A stretch of 32,000 nucleotides of DNA from Pullulanibacillus pueri. GTDB lineage: Bacteria; Bacillota; Bacilli; Bacillales; Sporolactobacillaceae. The stretch spans positions 41,945-73,944 of the forward strand of contig NZ_BMFV01000013.1 of NCBI RefSeq assembly GCF_014639255.1, written 5' to 3'. Shown here piece by piece: positions 15,884-23,521 of the stretch (position 1 is the first letter of the stretch; the number at the start of each line of letters is the position of its first letter). The position numbers and the translations under genes were made by a program. The notes below the pieces were generated by a model. The model worked only from the letters and a program-made list of their open reading frames with translations, made no database searches and had not been told where the DNA came from.

Positions 15884-15918
15884 ACTTTCTAAAAAGCAGT
15901 AGGCCCCTTAGAAAGTCT
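15872..15918 (-). terminator. Intrinsic terminator of MFS gene 15942-17345
   Basis: Perfect 11-bp stem AGACTTTCTAA/TTAGAAAGTCT, followed on the minus strand by TTTTTCTTT. Confidence 0.75.
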
Positions 15919-15941
15919 GTCTTAAACACCTTCAGTTACAA

Positions 15942-17345
15942 TTATTGAGCTGTCGGACGTGTTTTCCGAATAAAAAACGATAGGAGAATACCAATAATAC
16001 AGATACAGGCTGCAACGAAAAAGGCAATATTCACTCCATGAATAACGCCTTGCATGCCATGCGTTTTTACATCCAATGCCGTATTCGCCATAATTGTAAA
16101 CATGAGTGCTGTCCCAATTGAACCTGCCACTTGCCGCATGGTGTTATTCATTGCTGAACCATGAGGAATAAGACGCTGTGGGAGTTGATTGAGACCTGCT
16201 GTGGTCACTGGCATCATCACCATAGAGATACCAAACATGCGGATGGCCCACATAGTGGCTAAGTAAGTATAAGAAGTATTCGCCGTGAGATGTGTGAAGG
16301 TAAAGGTGGTAACGGTCGCAATAATCAATCCTATGAGAGCTAACCATTTCGCACCAATTTTATCAAATATCCTCCCTGTAATCGGAGACATCACACCCAT
16401 GACAATCGCCCCAGGGAGTAACATTAACCCAGATTTTAACGGGGAGTAGCCTAGCATATCTTGCATATAGAGCGGAAGAATCGTAGCTCCTGAAATCATG
16501 ACTAAGAACACAATCATTCCGATGGCTGTCGTCAAGGCAAATACCCCATATTTAAATACCCTAAACTCAAGAATAGGTTGCTCGAGCTTTAATTGCCGAA
16601 CGATGAAAAGAATAAGCGCGATTGCACCTACGATTAGAGTAGCGATGACTTCTATATCGCTCCATCCTTTTGATCCCGCCGTACTGAATCCATATAATAA
16701 ACCGCCGAATCCTATTGTCGATAGAAGAATCGATAAAACATCCAATTTTGGATAGGTCAGCTTGGTAACATTTTTTAATATGAAGAAAGCAAAAATGAAG
16801 TCCAAAATAGCAATAGGTAATACAATATAGAATAACACGCGCCACGAATGATTGGTGACGATCCAACCTGATAAAGTCGGACCTATGGCGGGAGCAAAAG
16901 CAATCACTAAACCAAACATCCCCATTGCCGCTCCTCGCTTCTCAATAGGAAAAATAGCAAAAAAGATCGTTTGCATGAGAGGCATAATAATCCCTGCGCC
17001 CGAAGCTTGGATAATTCTTCCCACAAGTAAGAAAGCAAAGTTGGGAGCTATCGCACAGATAAGTGTCCCGATACCAAATAATGCAATCGCGGTCAAAAAT
17101 AACTTACGCGTTGAAAAACTTCCGATGAGAAAGGCAGTGATCGGAATCATAATCCCATTGACTAACAAAAAGATGGTTTGTAACCATTGAACTGTCGTGT
17201 TATCTAAGCTCAAATCACTCATTATGTGTGGGAGTGCCGTCGCCAGTAACGTCTGATTCAAAATCGCAACAAATGCACCAGAGATTAAAACCGCAACGAT
17301 CAATCCCCGTTTAAATTCAGGAACTTCTTGCTGTTGAGTGGTCAT
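15942..17345 (-). CDS. MFS transporter, DHA2 (EmrB/QacA/LmrB-like, 14-TMS), paralog 2
   Basis: 467 aa with LNQTLLATALP, GRIIQASGAG and FAPAIGPTLSGW. Colinear with the other two DHA2 ORFs. Confidence 0.9.
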   Translation of the reverse strand: MTTQQQEVPEFKRGLIVAVLISGAFVAILNQTLLATALPHIMSDLSLDNTTVQWLQTIFLLVNGIMIPITAFLIGSFSTRKLFLTAIALFGIGTLICAIAPNFAFLLVGRIIQASGAGIIMPLMQTIFFAIFPIEKRGAAMGMFGLVIAFAPAIGPTLSGWIVTNHSWRVLFYIVLPIAILDFIFAFFILKNVTKLTYPKLDVLSILLSTIGFGGLLYGFSTAGSKGWSDIEVIATLIVGAIALILFIVRQLKLEQPILEFRVFKYGVFALTTAIGMIVFLVMISGATILPLYMQDMLGYSPLKSGLMLLPGAIVMGVMSPITGRIFDKIGAKWLALIGLIIATVTTFTFTHLTANTSYTYLATMWAIRMFGISMVMMPVTTAGLNQLPQRLIPHGSAMNNTMRQVAGSIGTALMFTIMANTALDVKTHGMQGVIHGVNIAFFVAACICIIGILLSFFIRKTRPTAQ

Positions 17346-17383
17346 ACGATAAAAATTCTCCTCTCTTTAGGTAATAAAAATGG

Positions 17384-17403
17384 AGTGACACTATTGTCAC
17401 TCG
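17384..17403 (-). promoter_or_regulatory. Perfect palindrome / leader hairpin in front of MFS paralog 2
   Basis: GAGTGACA ctat TGTCACTC (8+4+8). On the minus-strand RNA it is followed by CAUUUUUAUUA, 38 nt upstream of the ATG. It is either a repressor operator or an attenuator terminator. Confidence 0.45.
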
Positions 17404-17635
17404 ACTCGATGTCTTCTATATATTATGTCTAATATCCAAAGACTTATTTTCGATTCTATCAAACATCCTGCGGGACACAAAACAATACGCTCATCGTCAT
17501 TCATTCTGTTTTAAACATGGAACTATGTGCTTTTAGCTCACCTCAAACTGCTTTTTAGCCATAGGTGATCATAAATACCTTGCATTAAATTAGCAACTAT
17601 CTCACCAGCCATACTCATTTTTTATATCAAAGTTA

Positions 17636-17664
17636 TTGACGATTGGTGTTAATGGTGGTACATT
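17636..17664 (+). promoter_or_regulatory. Putative sigma-A promoter of the YeeE/YedE gene
   Basis: TTGACG (17636-17641), a 17-nt spacer ending in TGG, then TACATT (17659-17664). Confidence 0.45.
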
Positions 17665-17717
17665 AAACTTCGATTTATTATTATTCCTAGTAAAAGCATA
17701 TGAAATGGAGGATTTTT

Positions 17718-18968
17718 ATGACAACCGCGAATTTAAATAATGAATCTAGTTCAAAGGTTGAAGATCTCGTCAAACGTCTCGGGAAACCACAACCACTATT
17801 AATTGGACTTGGCATTATTTTAGCAATTATAGTTGATATTTTAGCTTTCCATTATGGCGGGACTCAGCTTGGCGTCCAGTTATGGCTTGGGGTTGCCCTT
17901 GGTCTCGCACTCTTCCACTCTCGTTTTGGCTTTACATCAGCATTTAGACGTTTCCTAGCGGTCGGTAACGGAGAGGGCATTCGCGCTCAAATGGTGATGC
18001 TTGCTGTTGCGAGTACACTCTTTGCCATCATTTTGGGCACGGGCTTTTCATTCTTTGGCGGAACACCTTCAGCCAGCGTATCTCCTATAGGTGTTAGCCT
18101 TGTTGTCGGTGCTTTCCTTTTTGGAATTGGCATGCAAATGGGTGAGGGCTGTGCTTCAGGTACGCTTTATCATATCGGCGGAGGTAAATCTGAAAATTAT
18201 CTTACTATTGTAGGTTTTGTTGCTGGATCTGCTTTAGGTGCTTATCATTGGAATTTTTGGGTGAATGACCTCCCTTCTTTTAAACCTTTTTCATTCGCAA
18301 CATCTACCGGTCTTGGTTACTTTGGTGGCTGGGTAATACAAATGATTATTTTTGCCGCAGTTTTCTTTATCACGTTAGTCGTTGAGAAAAAGCGTCAAGC
18401 ACCAAAAATGGCGCCGATTCCAACAAGTAAAGGCTGGGCACGTATCTTACGTGGATCTTGGCCCGTTATGATTGGTGCCATTGTCCTTGCAGTTCTTAAC
18501 GCCATCACTTTAGCTGTCCGCAACTCCCCTTGGGGCGTCACTTCTGCGTTTGCACTTTGGGGATCTAAAATTGCTAATGGAATTGGGTTTCATCCAGAAA
18601 GCTGGGTGTATTGGCAAGGAGAAAAAGGCGCAGTGCTTCATCAATCGATTTTTGCTGATTCAACCTCTATATTAAACTTTGGTGTCATCATTGGTGCCTT
18701 TATCGCAGCCACCCTTGGCGGTCTCTTTTTCTTTACAAAGCTACCCGTTAAACTCATGCTCAGTGCATTGATTGGTGGCATTCTTATGGGCTATGGTGCC
18801 CGCCTCGCCTTTGGATGTAATATTGGTGCTTACTTTAGCGGCATTGCTTCCTTTAGCCTTCACGGCTGGGTATGGCTCATCTTTGCAATGGCTGGATCGT
18901 TTACAGCGCTCTACATCCGTCCATTGTTTGGGATGAAAGTGCCAAGCTCAGATGACCGTTTTTGTTAA
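17718..18968 (+). CDS. YeeE/YedE-family inner-membrane sulfur (thiosulfate-type) transporter, two-domain form
   Basis: Polytopic protein with the paired conserved cysteine motifs GEGCASGTLY and FGCNIGAYFSG. Start is set at the ATG at 17718, 7 nt after GGAGG. Confidence 0.85.
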   Translation: MTTANLNNESSSKVEDLVKRLGKPQPLLIGLGIILAIIVDILAFHYGGTQLGVQLWLGVALGLALFHSRFGFTSAFRRFLAVGNGEGIRAQMVMLAVASTLFAIILGTGFSFFGGTPSASVSPIGVSLVVGAFLFGIGMQMGEGCASGTLYHIGGGKSENYLTIVGFVAGSALGAYHWNFWVNDLPSFKPFSFATSTGLGYFGGWVIQMIIFAAVFFITLVVEKKRQAPKMAPIPTSKGWARILRGSWPVMIGAIVLAVLNAITLAVRNSPWGVTSAFALWGSKIANGIGFHPESWVYWQGEKGAVLHQSIFADSTSILNFGVIIGAFIAATLGGLFFFTKLPVKLMLSALIGGILMGYGARLAFGCNIGAYFSGIASFSLHGWVWLIFAMAGSFTALYIRPLFGMKVPSSDDRFC

Positions 18969-18978
18969 TTCATACATG

Positions 18979-19014
18979 AAAACAGAGAAGCCCGGAAGCT
19001 TCTCTGTTTTTTTA
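18979..19014 (+). terminator. Intrinsic terminator after yeeE-like; probably bidirectional with the convergent aldehyde dehydrogenase gene
   Basis: AACAGAGAAGC ccggaa GCTTCTCTGTT followed by T7, with an A-run on the other side. Confidence 0.85.
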
Positions 19015-19030
19015 TTTAAGAAGATCTTAT

Positions 19031-20512
19031 TTAATTCATATTAATCCAAACCGTTTTGATTTCATTATAGTTGTTAAGCGCATAAGACCCCATTTCCCTA
19101 CCGATACCAGATTCTTTATACCCACCAAACGGGGCCGCGGCATCAAAGGCATTATAACAATTGACCCAAACCGTTCCGGCTTTAATACGATTAGCGACAT
19201 AATGAGCTGATTTTACGTTTTCTGTCCATAAGCCCGCCGCTAAACCATAATTCGTGCGATTGGCTCGCTCGATCACTTCATCAAGGTCCTCAAATGGCAT
19301 TGCAGCAACAACGGGGCCGAAGATCTCTTCTTTGGCAATCGTCATGCGGTCATCGACATCGGCAAAAATAGTGGGCTCAACAAAGTAGCCTTTTTCTGTA
19401 AATTTACCACCAGTCAGTAATTCAGCCCCTTCTTCTTTCCCTTTATTAATATAATTGACTACACGGTTTTGTTGTTCTTTTGATACAAGTGGCCCCATTT
19501 CCGTTTCACTATTAAGACCTTCACCCTGCTTTATAGATTTTGAATGTGACACGAGATCTGCCATAACATTATCAAACGATTTCTTTTGGATAAAGAGGCG
19601 TGAACCCGCACAACAGACTTGCCCTTGGTTAAACATAATACCTGATAAAGCCCCAGGAATGGCGCGGGTCATATCAGCATCAGGCAAAATGATATTAGGC
19701 GATTTCCCACCAAGTTCTAAGGTCACTCTTTTTAAGGATTTTGAGGCTTCTGCCATAATCGATTTTCCAACCTCTGTCGATCCAGTAAAGGCAATTTTAT
19801 TGACCAAAGGATGCTTGACCAACGGTGCCCCTGCTGTTTCACCAAACCCCGGGATAACATTTAAAACGCCTTTAGGGAATCCGGCTTCTTCAGCCAATTG
19901 AGCTAAGTATAAAGCTGAAAGTGGCGTTTGTTCGGCTGGTTTTAAAACAATTGTACAACCTGAAGCCAGTGCCGCTCCCAGTTTCCACGCCGCCATGAGC
20001 AAAGGGAAATTCCATGGGATAATTTGCCCCACAACACCAACAGGCTCATGTCTAGTGTAAGTAAAGAAATCGCCTTGAACCGGGATAGTCTGGCCAACGA
20101 TTTTGGTTGCCCATCCTGCGTAGTAACGAAAATGTTCAATCGCAAGCGGAACATCAGCTGCAGTGGTTTCTCGAATAGGTTTTCCATTATCCAACGTATC
20201 TAGCTGTGCTAACTCTTCTTTGTGAGCCTCCATAAGATCAGCCAGTTTATATATCAGTCTGCTGCGATCAGCGGTCCCTAGACGTGACCATTCGCCTTCA
20301 TCAAAGGCATAACGAGCAGCTTCAACCGCACGATTAACATCCTCTTCACCCGCTTCATAAACTTCAGCTAAGACTTCTCCTGTTGCCGGATTAAGGGTCT
20401 CAAAAGTTTTTCCAGTGGCTGATTCCACCCATTCACCATTAATATAAAGCTTTTTCTTCCCTTTGAGAAAATCAGCAAGTCTTTCAGTGATTGATAGCGT
20501 TGGTAAAACCAT
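19031..20512 (-). CDS. dhaS: NAD-dependent aldehyde dehydrogenase, DhaS-like
   Basis: 493 aa with LELGGKSPNI and FNQGQVCCAGSR (catalytic Glu and Cys). Colinear with my recollection of B. subtilis DhaS (KKLYINGEWV, TLDNGKPI, VGVVGQIIPWNFPLLMA). AAGGAGG RBS. Confidence 0.88.
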   Translation of the reverse strand: MVLPTLSITERLADFLKGKKKLYINGEWVESATGKTFETLNPATGEVLAEVYEAGEEDVNRAVEAARYAFDEGEWSRLGTADRSRLIYKLADLMEAHKEELAQLDTLDNGKPIRETTAADVPLAIEHFRYYAGWATKIVGQTIPVQGDFFTYTRHEPVGVVGQIIPWNFPLLMAAWKLGAALASGCTIVLKPAEQTPLSALYLAQLAEEAGFPKGVLNVIPGFGETAGAPLVKHPLVNKIAFTGSTEVGKSIMAEASKSLKRVTLELGGKSPNIILPDADMTRAIPGALSGIMFNQGQVCCAGSRLFIQKKSFDNVMADLVSHSKSIKQGEGLNSETEMGPLVSKEQQNRVVNYINKGKEEGAELLTGGKFTEKGYFVEPTIFADVDDRMTIAKEEIFGPVVAAMPFEDLDEVIERANRTNYGLAAGLWTENVKSAHYVANRIKAGTVWVNCYNAFDAAAPFGGYKESGIGREMGSYALNNYNEIKTVWINMN

Positions 20513-20657
20513 ATCTAAAACCTCCTTAAAAAGTTATACTTACTACTTCAATGTATTATTATGAAAACCCTTCCGATACTCATAAAATGAAAGAAAGTTT
20601 TTGTCGACCCCCTTCGACAACATCAACAAGCCATCTGGAGTAATAAGCGGTGAAGTT

Positions 20658-20709
20658 ATAAATAAAGAGATATTCCGTTTCTTTAATCAAAAGAAAACAG
20701 AATACCTCT
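20658..20709 (-). terminator. Intrinsic terminator of MFS gene 20719-22191
   Basis: On the minus strand, AGAGGTATTCTGTTTTC ... GAAACGGAATATCTCT. The two G.U pairs work only on the minus strand. TTATTTAT follows. Confidence 0.6.
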
Positions 20710-20718
20710 TAAGATGGA

Positions 20719-22191
20719 TTAATGCTCAGTAACTGGCGTTTTCACAACTTCTTTTGTCTCTTGTTCAGTGCCTTTGTTATTTTTCAGGAAGAAGGCCAGT
20801 ATCAAAGCGACAAAAGCTAAGCTAGTCACAACAATAAATGAAACGTTGACACCATGAATCATTGCCTCTATGGGATTTGGCTTGCCACCAGCAGAAACCG
20901 TATCTTGAACCTTATGATCAGCAACATTACTCATAATTGTAAAGAGCACGGCTGTTCCAATTGATCCTGCGACTTGTTGCAAAGTATTCAGCATGGCTGT
21001 ACCATGTGGATGCAACTCAGGAGGCAAGCTATTTAACCCAGCCGTAAAGAGTGGCATCATTGCCATGGATAGCCCAAACATGCGAATCGCATAGAGAATG
21101 GATAAATAAGCAAAGGACGTTGATGTATCTAAAAATGTAAACGGGAAGGTTCCAAATGCAACAATTGCCATCCCTATAACCGCTAACCACTTTGCGCCTA
21201 CCTTATCAAAAATCATCCCTGTAACAGGTGACATGATCCCCATGACTAAGGCACCTGGCAGAAGCATGAGTCCAGATTCAAAAGCTGTAAAGTCCCGCAT
21301 ATTTTGCATATACATAGGCAGAAGCGTTTCTGCACCAATTAATGACATCATGACGACCATGCCTACCGTTATGGTCAAGGCAAAGATACCATATTTGAAA
21401 ACGCGAAATTCGAGCAAAGGCTTTTTCATCGTTAATTGTCGCCAGATGAAGAAGATCAGCACGATGGCTCCCACTATAATACTGATGTAAACTTGCGGAC
21501 TGTCCCAGTGCTTGTTCCCGGCACTACTGAACCCATAAAGCAGTCCACCAAAGCCCACCGAGGAAAGAATAATAGACAGAACATCTACTTTTGGTTTGGT
21601 AAGTTGAAGCACATTCTTCATAAAAAAGATGGAAAAGAGAATGTCGAGAACAGCAATCGGTAAGACCACATAAAAAAGCGTTCTCCAAGAGTGATATTCA
21701 ACAAGCCAGCCCGATAAGGATGGACCGATCGCCGGTGCAAACGCAATGACTATACCTGATAACCCCATGGCGGCCCCGCGTTTTTCAACAGGAAAAATGG
21801 CGAGAAAAACATTCATCATTAAAGGCATCATCACACCTGAACCTGCTGCCTGAACAATGCGTCCCAACAACAAAACAGAAAAACTTGGTGCTGTTGCTGC
21901 AATCAAAGTCCCAATGGCAAATAAAGTCATTGAGGTTAAGAAAAGTCTTCTCGTTGAAAATTTTTCAATCAGAAAAGCACTGATCGGAATCATAATTCCA
22001 TTAGTCAATAAGAAAGCTGTGGTTAACCACTGAACACTGCTCTCGCTTATATTAAAAGCATCCATGATATGAGGTAATGCCGTATTAAGTAAGGTTTCAT
22101 TAAGCAACCCCACAAAAGCACCCACCAACATTAACGCAACGATAGGTCCCTTTTTAAGCTCCCCTACAGTGCTTTGATTTGTTTGACTCAC
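20719..22191 (-). CDS. MFS transporter, DHA2 (EmrB/QacA/LmrB-like, 14-TMS), paralog 3
   Basis: 490 aa with LNETLLNTALP, GRIVQAAGSG and FAPAIGPSLSGW. GTG start at 22191, 6 nt after GGAGGA. Confidence 0.9.
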   Translation of the reverse strand: MSQTNQSTVGELKKGPIVALMLVGAFVGLLNETLLNTALPHIMDAFNISESSVQWLTTAFLLTNGIMIPISAFLIEKFSTRRLFLTSMTLFAIGTLIAATAPSFSVLLLGRIVQAAGSGVMMPLMMNVFLAIFPVEKRGAAMGLSGIVIAFAPAIGPSLSGWLVEYHSWRTLFYVVLPIAVLDILFSIFFMKNVLQLTKPKVDVLSIILSSVGFGGLLYGFSSAGNKHWDSPQVYISIIVGAIVLIFFIWRQLTMKKPLLEFRVFKYGIFALTITVGMVVMMSLIGAETLLPMYMQNMRDFTAFESGLMLLPGALVMGIMSPVTGMIFDKVGAKWLAVIGMAIVAFGTFPFTFLDTSTSFAYLSILYAIRMFGLSMAMMPLFTAGLNSLPPELHPHGTAMLNTLQQVAGSIGTAVLFTIMSNVADHKVQDTVSAGGKPNPIEAMIHGVNVSFIVVTSLAFVALILAFFLKNNKGTEQETKEVVKTPVTEH

Positions 22192-22248
22192 ATTAGTCCT
22201 CCTTCGTCCCTTTTTTCCCCTATTTCACAGGACATTTACTTGCTCTCC

Positions 22249-22326
22249 AGTATAAATGACCAATGAGTCAAACGTCAACAACAAAATACCAATTAACATT
22301 AAATTTACAAAGTGACTAATCAGTCA
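22249..22326 (-). promoter_or_regulatory. Two tandem promoter-like units, each overlapped by a TGACTnnnnnGTCA-type palindrome
   Basis: P1 is TTGACG (22278-22273), 18 nt, TATACT (22254-22249), with TGACTCATTGGTCA (22270-22257) in the spacer. P2 is TTGACT (22326-22321), 18 nt, TTTAAT, with TGACTGATTAGTCA (22326-22313) over the -35. Confidence 0.45.
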
Positions 22327-22349
22327 AAAAGCCATCCTTTAATAGCCAA

Positions 22350-22383
22350 AAAAATAAATAAAAAAAGCACCGGTTAGGGTGCT
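22350..22383 (-). terminator. Intrinsic terminator of the aldo-keto reductase gene
   Basis: On the minus strand, AGCACC ctaacc GGTGCT followed by TTTTTTTATTTATTTTTTT. Confidence 0.7.
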
Positions 22384-22517
22384 ATCATAAAAATTGTCGT
22401 TACACTTCTCTTATCTAGAGTAAATCCTTTTTCACAATGCCTTCTGCTAGATATTTCCTAGGAAATCCTTATGGCATAGTAGTAACATACCCAAGGCCGC
22501 TTTTTGACACTCTCTAA

Positions 22518-23498
22518 TCACCATTTAGGCAAAAAGCCATCAATTTCTTGTAAGATCCCACTGATTTCTTCTAAAAGAGCTTCGGATAACACAATGTCGC
22601 TAGCTTTAGCATTCTCCTCAACTTGCGCAGGGCGACTGGCGCCCACAATCGCTGAGCTCACACCAGGTTGTCTCAAGACCCAAGCAATCGCAAGCTGTGA
22701 TAATTTCACATTCAATTCATTTTTGGCAAGAGCTTCAAGTTTTGCCACACGTTCAAGAATCTCATCTTTGAGATAGGTTTGGATGAGTCCATTGATTTTT
22801 TCATTCGCTGCCCGGCTATCTGATGGGATCTCATGACCCGGCTTATATTTCCCTGTAAGAATCCCTTGGGCAAGAGGGGAGAAAACAACTTGACCGATGC
22901 CATTCTCCTCACTCACTGGGAGCACTTCCTTTTCAATGTAGCGAACCAGCATATTATAGATCGGCTGATTCGAAACAAGGGGATGAAGATTTCTTGACTT
23001 CGTGAGGTGTACAGCGTCCGTAATTTGAGCCGCTGACCATTCACTCACACCATAATATAAAATTTTCCCTTGGCGAACGAGATCGTCCAATGCCATTAAT
23101 GTTTCCTCTGTAGGGGTTTCCTCATCAAAACGGTGACACTGATACAGATCTATGTAATCCACGCCTAAACGTGTTAAGCTTGCTTCACACTGTTCGATAA
23201 TATGCTTTCTTGAGAGTCCCCGGTCATTAGGGCCCTCGCCCATTGGGAAATAGACTTTTGTAGCCAAAACGTAACTTGATCTAGAAAACTCTGATAAGAT
23301 TTCTCCGACAACCTTTTCCGCCGCACCTCGATTATATGCATTGGCTGTATCAAAGAAATTAATACCTAAATCAAAGGCCTTATGAATAATTTCTTTTGCA
23401 TTTTGATTCCCTACGGTTTCACCATAGGTCAGCCAGCTGCCAAGACCGATCTCACTTATTTTCATCCCACTGTTTCCTAAACGTCGATACTTCATCAT
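22518..23498 (-). CDS. Aldo/keto reductase (AKR11/YhdN-like)
   Basis: MKYRRLGNSGMKISEIGLGSW, FDTANAY, and YYGVSEW with the catalytic tetrad context. Start is set at the ATG at 23498 (MMKYRRLG), after AAAGGGTG. Confidence 0.88.
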   Translation of the reverse strand: MMKYRRLGNSGMKISEIGLGSWLTYGETVGNQNAKEIIHKAFDLGINFFDTANAYNRGAAEKVVGEILSEFSRSSYVLATKVYFPMGEGPNDRGLSRKHIIEQCEASLTRLGVDYIDLYQCHRFDEETPTEETLMALDDLVRQGKILYYGVSEWSAAQITDAVHLTKSRNLHPLVSNQPIYNMLVRYIEKEVLPVSEENGIGQVVFSPLAQGILTGKYKPGHEIPSDSRAANEKINGLIQTYLKDEILERVAKLEALAKNELNVKLSQLAIAWVLRQPGVSSAIVGASRPAQVEENAKASDIVLSEALLEEISGILQEIDGFLPKW

Positions 23499-23521
23499 GT
23501 AACACCCTTTCTTCATAATTA

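Noticed and set aside
15287-15892. ORFs at 15287-15526 (minus, 79 aa) and 15560-15892 (plus, 110 aa)
   Set aside because: Both run through repeat modules and perfect hairpins that recur non-coding elsewhere (7061-7157, 14111-14170, 24932-25186). RBSs are weak or absent, and the two are mutually antisense with 15565-15828.
6978-22326. A shared TGAC...GTCA operator upstream of all four MFS genes (ATGACgctGTCAT at 6978-6990, GAGTGACActatTGTCACTC at 17384-17403, and the dyads at 22257-22326), implying one regulon
   Set aside because: The common core is only 4-5 nt and the spacer lengths differ (3, 4 and 6 nt). TGAC/GTCA pairs also occur at 3748-3757 and 15596-15610, outside promoters. This is too weak to claim a common regulator.
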